From Octopus vulgaris (Eukaryota), in contig OX597822.1 of the NCBI GenBank assembly GCA_951406725.2, forward strand, positions 8,308,001 through 8,372,000: DNA of 64,000 nt, given 5' to 3'. Numbering within the stretch: the stretch's first letter is position 1; every line of letters begins with the position of its first letter. The notes under the pieces are model-generated. The model was not told the origin of the DNA. It was given only the letters and a program-made list of their open reading frames with translations, and did no database searches. Position numbers and translations under genes: made by a program. Below, piece by piece: positions 52,702 to 64,000 of the stretch.

Positions 52702-52765
52702 GCTGGGTTCGCTGTTGCCAGTTCAGAGCATCGTAAAAATACGTCCATCCTCTGTCACGTCCAGC
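52702..52765 (-). ncRNA. Structured RNA (three-way junction) at the extreme 5' end of the R4/Dong element
   Basis: GCUGG/CCAGC closing stem; CAGAG/CUCUG arm with CGUA(UUUU)UACG hairpin; CUG(GCAA)CAG GNRA hairpin. Confidence 0.5.
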
Positions 52766-52772
52766 CGCCTTC

Positions 52773-53479
<707 letters not shown>

Positions 53480-54105
53480 GGTGGCTATTCGCACTTTTCT
53501 AACGGCTGACAAAGAAGACAGGTTCCCTCCTTACGACAAGCGAGATGGAGTCAAATCAGTGCTGATGATTTCAGATTTAATCAATCTTAATCAGGGACCC
53601 ATTACACTGTCGCCGATTGTTAACGAAAATAATTCTCCTTGTCAGCCTTATATATATTTGTGTGTTTGTGTGTGTTGTATTTTGTGTATGGCAGAAGCCT
53701 ACCAGTGCGCTCATTAAAGATCCCATGTATATCATGAAGAATATCTAATAATACATTATGGATATGGTGAAGTTGTCCTGTAAAGATACATGCTATGCCG
53801 AAACACGTGTAGGAAGGCATTGGTATAAATATAAAATCTTCATCTGTGAAATAATTCTTATTGTGTTTGTATATAAGCGCTCATATGGTTTTGTGTGCGT
53901 GTGTACATTGAAGCAAGTGTTCGAACCTGTACATGGGTGCGCACGCTCACGTCTTCACACTCACACGCTTGGACGAACACGCACGCACACGCACGCACAC
54001 ACATATACATGCAATACACACAAGCACACGCATACACGCATACACAAACATGCGTCTTCATTCATATGTACATATGTATATTACATGCATGTACGCATAT
54101 ATATC

Positions 54106-54515
54106 TATTTCTTTACTGCCCACAAGGGGCTAAACACAGAGTGGACAAACAAGGACAGACATAGGTATTAAGTCGATTACATCGACCCCAGTGCGTAGCT
54201 GGTACTTAATTTATCGACCCCGAAAGGATGAAAGGCAAAGTCGACCTCGGCGGAATTTGAACTCAGAACGTAACGGCAGACGAAATACCTATTTCTTTAT
54301 TACCCACAAGGGGCTAAACACAGAGCGGACAAACAAGGACAGACATAGGTATTAAGTCGATTACATCGACCCCAGTGCGTAGCTGGTACTTAATTTATCG
54401 ACCCCGAAAGGATGAAAGGCAAAGTCGACCTCGGCGGAATTTGAACTCAGAACGTAACCGCAGACGAAATACCGCCGAGCATTTCGCCCGGCGTGCTAAC
54501 GTTTCTGCCAGCTCG
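54106..54515 (-). mobile_element. SINE family B, partial tandem dimer
   Basis: Unit 54290-54515 (near full) plus 5'-truncated unit 54106-54289; near-identical to each other. Confidence 0.9.
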
Positions 54516-54795
54516 GTATGCGCGCGCACACACGCATGCACAAACACATGTGCATTCGGACGCGCGCATGCGTGAGTATACCCACGTAAAGCAAGCGTTG
54601 GCGATTGGTAAGCGTAGTGTTGGGGTCGGTACGAGTATTGGTAAACGGCGGTCCTGATCATGAGGTTGGTTGGTAATGGTGATTCTGGTGCAGGTAGGGC
54701 AAAATAGAAGTGGGTGCTATGGTGATATAACCGTGTTGTCGGCAATCAGAAGCCTGAAATTTGCCATATTCGTAATCTCCGACATCCAAAACGCA

Positions 54796-55079
<284 letters not shown>

Positions 55080-55479
55080 TGTGTGTGTTTGAACGCTAGG
55101 CTGGCGGTGGATTACGTTGCCGTGTGCCGCAGTTGATTCGATGAACGGAATCTAACGTGATATGCGTACCCTTGAGATTCAAGCGTGACCCAAAATAAGA
55201 CAAGGCTGGTGCTTTTGTGTTACAGGTACAATTCATTTTTACTAGTTTAGTGTACTGGAGTAATGGAGTATCGTGAATAAAGTGATTGTGAGCCACATGC
55301 CAAAACCAATAAGCTGCACGCTTTCCCTCACATATCTATGTGTATGTATGTGTGTGTGCGCGCGAGTAAGCTTGGAGAAAATAGTGGTAGCACTACTTAT
55401 TATACATTTTCTTTTTAGTACACAACTGTTCAGCTCTTATACTTGTTTTAATGTACTTTTTATGTATACATTGTAATTT

Positions 55480-56524
55480 ATGGTATAGGCCCCTGTTTTT
55501 TTAGATATATATATCTATATAAATTGATATGCGCAAACTCTAAGATGGGAAATTGTTATAGTTGAAGATGACTAGATCTTCGATCACTAAAAGCAGATTT
55601 GTTTGCTGTTTCTTAAACAATTGTCTCTAAATTGTATTAGCATTCTAAGACCAAGGTGAAACCGACTCTGGCAACTATAATTGTTTCGGCGGAAGGCAAA
55701 GGTCGCGGCAGATTGTGTCTACAAACCATTGAACACACAACAGTAAAAATCCGTACGGTACCAACATTGTGTCATAGTGAGCTCTATAAAATTGGATACC
55801 ATTGAAGGTCTACACCTGGCAAACCTCTCCTGTACCCCCGTTTACTTTGATAAACGGAAAATATTGTGTTTATACTATCAGAAATGGTTAGTGTCTCAAA
55901 GTAATTATCTTCATTTGTGAATCAACATTCACCTTTTCGCATACTTCGACTCACGTTTCTGCTTAAAGACAACGCAAAGACTCCTTAAGCTATAAAGGTT
56001 TACGACGTATCATGAAGAATGATTATGGTTCTGTGATAATTTGGGCAGTTATATCACGGAATTATCTTAACACTTCGGGTATTTTATCTGACAGAATTAA
56101 CGCCAGTGACGATGTGAGGAATCTGAGTAACAATATCTATCATACGGTAAAACATTATTTTCCGGTAAACACATAATCTTTCAGGAAGACAACGCGCCTG
56201 GTTACATGGTTATTGTCATCAAAATTGGTAAGGACACAAAAGTGAAACAGACCACTGGTTTGGCCTACACAATCGCCGTATCACAGTATAATGGAAAATT
56301 TATGGGGAATTTTGGAACATCAATTTGGAAGATGTTTCTCTCTGTTATCCTTGCTGAAAGATCTGAAGCAGTTTTACTAGCAGCATGGGTCAAACCTCCG
56401 CTAGCAATGATTCAGCACCTGTACGTGTCAAAGTTTTGATTAATGCCAAATATTTGTGCCAACGCTTATATTAAATAAGAAAACTTCCATTTAACATGCT
56501 GTTGTGTATTATTTTCTCAAACTG

Positions 56525-56527
<3 letters not shown>
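55480..56527 (+). mobile_element. Tc1 (DD34E) transposon fossil
   Basis: GSVIIWAVIS (~56020), IIFQEDNAP (~56175), WPTQSP and MENLWGILE (~56260-56320). Confidence 0.7.
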
Positions 56528-56596
<69 letters not shown>

Positions 56597-56624
56597 GTGT
56601 GTGTATGTATGTGCGTGTGTGTAT

Positions 56625-56664
<40 letters not shown>

Positions 56665-57936
56665 AGAATTACTTTTTTAAAAATATGTATTTTGTAAACT
56701 TTCCCAAAATACAAACCTTCTAAAGTCTTTACCCAGTGATATTGTTCTTGCACTTCGCTGTTATTATTTTGGCGACCCTGTTACGATAATAATGAATTCT
56801 AGCAGCAGGCAATTAATGTGAGGAATAAATATTGTGATTTTTTTTCACGATGTAAAGATACTACCAACCCAAGTACGTTTGTGCAGATAGATATCAATAA
56901 AACATACACACACATTCGCACTAGTATATCTACGTATATCTCTATTTGTCATGTGTCGCGTGTGTGTGTGTACGTCTGTGTGTATGCTAGTTTTGTGTGT
57001 GTACGCGCGTGTGCATGTGTATGAGCGCAAGAGTGCGTTAGTGTGAGGATATGTGCATGAATGTGTTCGCGTATTTGTGAATGAGTAACCATACCAAAAT
57101 TATACGCTGAGTTATTGTGTATTTTACTTGAACACACACTCACGCATATTCATGGAACATTATACGTACACATTCGTAAACAAGCATTCATTTAGAAGTT
57201 TCCTTTTGGCTGAAGGGCTTTCATTTTACACGGATATAGATTATCACAACAGAAGAGCCATTGTCACTGGAGCTAAAGGAAAATAATTTCCTGTGGTTGG
57301 CATTTGAAAACTGACTGGACAAACAACTTCCGACATTTTATGTATCATTAAAGATTCTCTCCGTTAATGATGAGCGCAATGCGAAGCACAATACTTTTGC
57401 GTTGAATGCATATCTCTCGGTGATACATAATTTCATAACTGCTAAGATAACTAGTACTATTGTGTTGGCCAGGAAAATACACAGTAGTAATATCTGAATG
57501 CAATTTCGATCCACAACTCAGCAGTGATCCACCACTCACATTTTATTTGTTGCGAATTATTGAATAGGTTATTATGTAAAGGATAAATTTCGTTGTAATG
57601 CTAAATGCGAAGCAACATTCCCAAAGTTTGCAAATAAACAACCTTCCGCTAACCGCGTTAAAATAGGTATCGTGTTAGATCCACGGCATGCACTAAATTA
57701 ACTGTGCCGCGGCACACCTCTTGAAGAGGAGTCCTTCAATACAGATACGCTAATAGCCAGTGCCGGTGTGTTCGTTACCCAATTGTAACTGTCGTTCTTT
57801 AAGCAATGCATTGAGACAAAAGTAATAATTCTTCACTTGTTTTTCAAACAAAACTTTTTATCTCTCTTCACTTTTCGGTTTTCAATGTAATGCGATTCTA
57901 TTCATATATTGCCAGAAAGCAAATAAATATATTTCA

Positions 57937-58340
57937 CTAGCAGTATCGCCCGGCGTTGCTCGGGTTTGTAAGGGAAATAACTATATAAGCATTTTTAGAG
58001 ATGTAAAGTATAATAGCCATCTCAATATGGCTAACCACAAAGGGGTGGGGGGTTACAGTAGCTTTTTACGTTCTGAGATTTAATAATAAATGTTTAGAGA
58101 GTTACTTCCCTTATATAAGCCAAATATGCATTAAAAATGGGAAAAATTGATGGTAATTTTTTTTTTTAATCGTAGACTCATCGTAGACGCGCGCTAATAC
58201 CCAGAATACCCAGGGCTCGATATGAATCACGACTATAAGATACCTGGTTTTGGTTAAACTGCACCGCAAAATGTGGGAGTAGTTAGGAATCTAAATCGTA
58301 GAAGACAGACAGCACACAACCTCACTTTTATATATATAGA
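57937..58340 (-). mobile_element. Non-autonomous Helitron, complete
   Basis: A|TC...hairpin CCCGAGCAACGCCGGG...CTAG|T on the minus strand; no TSD; same family as 36631-37019. Confidence 0.92.
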
Positions 58341-58765
58341 TTACCTAAATTATTGTTTGACATCAAAAAAAACATTTGTGAGTGGCGTTTTATTATAAAT
58401 CGGCCGTTTAACTGAATCTCTGTATAAATTGAGAAAATATGAATAAATGTGTGTGTACGTAAAAGGGGGTATGTGAATATGTGAGTAAGTGTGTGTGTGT
58501 GTTTGTGTGCGTTTGTGTGCGTTCGTGAGCGCAATGGAAGTGGGATTGTTCATCTTTGTTCGCTTAGAATTTGGTTTTAAGTTTTGATTTGGTTTAATCT
58601 TGACTGTTTCTTTCTGTTGGTCAGTTACCTTTAGCGTTTTCAAAGATAAAAAGAAATTGCTTTTATAACGCAAGCGTGCCCAAACAAGTCGAATGCTTGC
58701 ACAGAGCAGATTTTACTGTCACATCATCCAAACCGACCGGGTGAAACTGGGCTTATATATATATA

Positions 58766-58916
58766 CCGGAGTAAACACATAAATGTGAAACAAGTTGGAA
58801 AAAAGAGTACTCAAATACCAGTGGTAGAGTAATATGCTTTATTTAAAGCAGCAAAAAATTCAACAAAACCTGTTACTCTGAGTTTCCCGTTGCCGTTCAT
58901 CGGACGGTTTTTGCTA

Positions 58917-58920
<4 letters not shown>
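58766..58920 (-). mobile_element. PLE pLTR fragment with hammerhead, in (TA)n
   Basis: TA tracts on both sides; hammerhead at 58858-58920. Confidence 0.7.
58858..58920 (-). ncRNA. Type I hammerhead ribozyme motif with long stem I
   Basis: AUUCUAGCAAAAACCGU-CCGAUGA-ACGGCAACGG-GAAAC-UCAGA-GUA-ACAGGUUUUGUUGAAU. Confidence 0.65.
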
Positions 58921-58986
<66 letters not shown>

Positions 58987-59030
58987 TATATATATATATA
59001 TATATACATACATACATATATATATATATT

Positions 59031-59094
<64 letters not shown>

Positions 59095-59096
<2 letters not shown>

Positions 59097-59285
59097 CACC
59101 CACATATATGAATATATGGGTACAGAACATCACCAACTGTAAACAATACGAAGTACAGACACAAATGAGTTAAATACGCAAACAACGAGAGACACAATGG
59201 AAAACAGGACAAGTAACACACAGAACGACCCTTCATTAGTTGCCGGATGTCTATCTACTCCTCGTTTCGAGCATTCAGCGACAAA
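59095..59285 (-). mobile_element. pLTR-like fragment with permuted hammerhead-like motif
   Basis: GCUC-GAAAC-GAGGA-GUA-N16-CUAAUGA-AGGG; TA flanks. Confidence 0.5.
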
Positions 59286-59894
59286 TATATACATATAAAT
59301 ATGTGCGCGTGTTTCTATGTGTGTGCGCGCGTGCGTGTGTGTGTGTGTATGTGTGTACATGTGTGTGTGAGAGTAAGTGTGTGAGTGTGTGTGTGCTTTT
59401 GGTATGATGTGTAGTGGGAAACTCTCATCGTTTGCCTTGCAAACGGACATAGAAACTACCGACTTCAGAAATGTATGCAGATTTGTTATAGAATATTTTT
59501 TTTGATTGGAATTATCAGACTACTATCAATATCACAACTCAGTGGATTATATAGTCCATTCGAAATTTAATCAGTTTCGCACACAATCCTACGAGCATAA
59601 CCATTCTTTATTTGATTTGAAATCAAAATATAATTTTTGATCAACTAAGTACTGCCAGCAATTATTTTGTCAGTGTATCGCTTTGTGATTTTAATCAATC
59701 GTCTCGAATAAATTAATTAGCAAAATAACTAAATGGAGAGAGGCATTCAAGCACAATACGAAGGTTTGCGGTTAATGATAGGTGAAACACACACATAACT
59801 CTATACATACACATACATATATATATGCTTATGTATGTATACACACACATATATATGTACACACACATGCACACACACACATACACCACACACT

Positions 59895-59938
<44 letters not shown>

Positions 59939-59990
59939 TACATTTATATATGTAGTGGGGCTTTGTTTGGGTCTGCATTTACATATATAT

Positions 59991-60252
<262 letters not shown>

Positions 60253-61608
60253 AAATGTGTGTGTTTGTGTGTGTGTTTGTAGCATAGCATTGAACCAGGA
60301 GAGATGACTGATGTTAGGTGACATGACTTATGCATATGATGAGTGCATTAGTCACTCCTGTTTCTCAGTTCAGACTTAAGTATAAACTACAGTTGTCTTT
60401 GTGTTCTCTGGTGTCGATGAAACGAATTCCCGAAAGATTTTCCGATTCATTTATATCAACTGTATAACTTCCCATTAGAAAATCGGCTATGTGCACAATC
60501 AAAGAAAATCAATATTTCCTTCCATAATAATTGCTAAATCTGCTAGTTGTTACCGTATTAATGAAAATTTATAACCGTTGAGTATATCTCTAATGTTTAC
60601 CATCGAGGCGTTATATCAACGAATTACTAAACTGTAGCGGAATGGACAGCTTTAAGAATGTATCTGTTTAATACCCTTTACGAGCACGGCTTAAAACAGG
60701 AGATTAAGCTAAAAGCTAGTATCTTGTGATGGAGTTAATGGACCTCTAGAAGCCATTTAGTTTCATGGTGTCTGCTATATCTAAGCATATTACTATTTGC
60801 TGAAAAATTTATGTTCTTCTGCTCGTATCTGTTAGCATCTTGCATATACAATCTGTTATAATGCAATATTATACAATTTGTACAAACACGGATGGTAGCT
60901 TTGAATTGTTCTTAAAGATGCATAATTATCTTTAGGAAAACTCAGGTTATTATTATTATTGCATTCTTGATACCAATAGAATATTCCAACAAGAGGCAAA
61001 ATCACTAACTCCATCAACACTTTAAACTCTGTGAACCTTGAGCCAACGAACGTGTGTAAATGCAGTTGCTATACCTAGCGGAATTAGCAGAACTTCTCTC
61101 AAACTGCCTCGCGTCGTAAAAATGAGATATTTGTGGCCACATTCGACATTCAGGTCACAGTGATACTTAAAGACGGTACGGTCACGGTTAGAATGCACTC
61201 AGTCACAGATATCATCTACAAGTGCTGACTGAGAGCTTAACGGCAACAACTTCACGACTCTGAAGTAATAAACAATATCAACCCTATCGGGAACTCACTC
61301 TTGTGTTATCACATTAGCTAAACAAAAAATGTCAAATACAGAAAATATAAGATAAAGTATACAATAGCAATCTAAAGAATGGAATACACAAACTTTCGGG
61401 CAAGGTAAAAAACAAAAAGAATTCAAATCGATGAATAATTTTAAATGTGACGTTTTTCAATAGACTGAGAAATAGAATATGAATTTAAAGAAATAAAAAA
61501 AATGACTGAATAGATCTCGCACGGTAACTGTATAAGAGATATGATCACAGGAGTTACATACTATAGGTATCGAACTCATGCAGGCAATAAGTAAAACTCA
61601 CAAAATCA

Positions 61609-61955
61609 TTACTCTTTACTCTTTTACTCTTTTACATGTTTCATTCACTTGACTGCGGCCATGCTGGAGCACCGCCTTTAGTCGAGCAACTCGACCCCGG
61701 GACTTATTCTTTGTAAGCTCAGTACTTATTCTATCGGTCTCTTTTGCAGAACCGCTAAGTGACGGGGACGTAAACACACCAGCATCGGTTGTCAAGCAAT
61801 GCTAGGGGTACAAACACAGATACATACACGTATATATACACATATACGACGGGCTTCTTTCAGTTTCCGTTTACCAAATCCACTCACAAGGCATTGGTCC
61901 GCCCGGGGCTATAGCAGAAAACACTTGCCCAAGATGCCACGCAGTGGGACTGAAC
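61609..61955 (-). mobile_element. SINE family A, 5'-truncated
   Basis: Colinear with 23999-24365. Confidence 0.9.
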
Positions 61956-62284
61956 ATTAATAAGATTACTTAAATATCTTATTTATTTATTTCATTTCGT
62001 TTCAAACTAGTGGTTGAACATCCACATGGGTTCGCCATACACACATTCACATAACGAGCATATTAATACAAACACAGAAACAATCTCATAGGAGCATGAG
62101 AGAGAGAGAGAAGAAAAGGGCAGAGTGAGAGAGACACGGAGAGTGAGAATCAAAGAAAGAGATATAATCGATTTCGAAGTTCTAACGATACTCACGAAAC
62201 ATCACTCGGGCGATTATTGTCATATTGCTCAAAGGCTCGCTTGTTAAATTCTCATGCACGTAATAAATGAGGTGGATTTTATAA

Positions 62285-62612
62285 CGGAAACGCTACTACG
62301 ACACCCCAGTTGATCCAATCAACGGAATAGACAGTTCGTAAAATTAACGAACAAGTTGTTGAGCACTCCACAGTCATGCGTACCCTTAACGTAGTTCTTG
62401 GGAAGATTCAGCGTGACAAAGCTGGCCCTTTGGTATACAGGTACAACAGAAACAGGAAAAAGGAGTGTTGTGAAAGAGTACAGCAAGGTTCGCCACCACT
62501 CCCTAGCGGAGCCTATTTTTGCTCAATAAACACTCACAGCGCTCGGTCTGAGAATCGAAACCGCGATCCTATGACCGCGTGTCCACTGCCCTAACCACTG
62601 GGCCATTGCGAC
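62285..62612 (-). mobile_element. tRNA-derived SINE family C
   Basis: Minus head CGCAATGGCCCAGTGGTTAGGGCAG...CGGTTTCGATTCTC (A/B boxes); the 3' part also appears at ~29035-29150. Confidence 0.75.
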
Positions 62613-63070
62613 TCACAACGAAAACACTAATTGCGTAATGATACACATCCACTTGGTTAACACCTCTTTCAGCGAAAAAAACTTGCAATGATAATAAAAA
62701 TAGTCGCTTCAAAGTTTTGCCACAAGGGCGGCAAGGGGGAGGGGATTAAGTCAATTACATCGACTTAATTACAGGGTGAAAGGCGAAGTCGACCTTGGAG
62801 GCATTTGAACTCAGAACATAGCAACAGAGGAAATAGCGTTAAGCAACAATGATAATAATTATGATTTCAAATTTTTACTACAAAGACAGCTTGGGGGATG
62901 AATTCGAAAGTTGACTTCGGTGAAATTGAAATCAGGATGTAAAGACAAGTGAAATGCCGCTAAGCATTTTGCCCGATATGCTAACGATCCTGCTACCTCA
63001 CCATCTGACTGTAACTTGATATTGGTTTGGAATTTGGGGATAAGGACAGCAACTTTGGGGAAGAGGTCTA

Positions 63071-63526
63071 GGATCTTTTCGGTTTGACCGGCAGTTTTTT
63101 CTAGCGGCGTCATATAAAATTGTCGCCCATAACCAGGACCCTAGTATCGATCTATTGCATTTCAATCTGTTTTAGGGTTAGGGTTAGAGTAAGGGTTAGT
63201 TAGGGTTAGGGTTAGGGTTAGGGTTAGGGGTGGGGGAAGGGTATCATTTTTGCTTTAGAAATATAAAGAAACCCAATCTGTTTCTTAAACGAGGGACATA
63301 TTCATACGGAACAGAATGTTTTCACCTCAATAGACGTCATTGATTGGTTGAAATTGCAGAAATTGAAGAAAAAACCCACAAATATCTTACAAACTATAAA
63401 ATTTTCTCAATAAAGCCAAGAGAAAAAGATGCTTTATAAACACATTCTACCAGTATACGAAGTTTAAAAGTGTTTAGTTACGTGGAAATTATTTTTAAAA
63501 AACTGCCGGCCAAACCGAAAAGATCC
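63071..63526. mobile_element. Non-autonomous TIR transposon (MITE, Merlin-like) with internal (TTAGGG)n, inserted in a SINE B remnant
   Basis: 30-bp TIRs GGATCTTTTCGGTTTG(A/G)CCGGCAGTTTTTT; flanks gaggtcta / gagcgcta (6/8 match, possible TSD). Confidence 0.8.
63172..63229 (+). repeat. Interstitial telomeric-type (TTAGGG)n
   Basis: About 9 perfect or degenerate TTAGGG units followed by G runs. Confidence 0.9.
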
Positions 63527-64000
63527 GAGCGCTAAATAGATTACATCGATCCCAGTGTTCAGCAGGTACATATTTTATCACCTGTGAAAGGATGAAAGAC
63601 AAAGTCGGCCTCGGCAGAATATTGTGATGTAATACTGAATTGATGTAATGAATGTTGTTCGATGTCGACGTTGTAAACAAATTGTAATGATGATGCATTC
63701 TACGATCATAGATGCTGCGTTATCAGGTTTGAGTCTTTTGCAGGTAAACACTTACAGGGCACTGAACTACAAAAACAACATAATTTCTATCTTCATAAAT
63801 ATGACACAATTTGTTGTGAGACTGATACTTAGATTGACATATAGCACCAAAACGATTTGATCTGCTGGACTTGCGGCTTAGAAAATTCTACCAAAATGTC
63901 TATTCAGACGGATTGAAATGTTTGTCGTTTTTATAAGCATTATGAATTTATTCTCACAACTGTTACGAAACCTTTGTCATTTACGTACAACCGAAAAGTA

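Noticed and set aside
63172-63229. True telomere or chromosome fusion site
   Set aside because: Short, single-orientation array lying inside a TIR-bounded element.

Overview
AT-rich, microsatellite-saturated eukaryotic DNA with no recognisable host protein-coding exon. The SINE families, TTAGGG repeat and (TA)n/(ATT)n/(ATGT)n load suggest a coleoid cephalopod (Octopus-like) genome; this is an inference. Nearly all ORF-track entries are translated microsatellites. The real content is mobile DNA: (1) a near-intact ~4.9-kb R4/Dong-clade non-LTR retrotransposon (RT plus restriction-like endonuclease) inside an (ATT)n tract, with a tightly folded RNA motif at its 5' end, plus older Dong-type fragments stacked in a second (TAA)n tract; (2) decayed Penelope-like elements (GIY-YIG) and many short Penelope-derived pieces in or next to (TA)n, about ten of which carry hammerhead-ribozyme-like motifs, one of them associated with a tRNA-derived Pol III head; (3) three or four tRNA-derived SINE families; (4) mariner, maT-like and Tc1 fossils; (5) two non-autonomous Helitrons; (6) a TIR element carrying telomeric repeats; (7) several short locally templated duplications. 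All alignments and RNA folds were done by eye, so boundaries are approximate.
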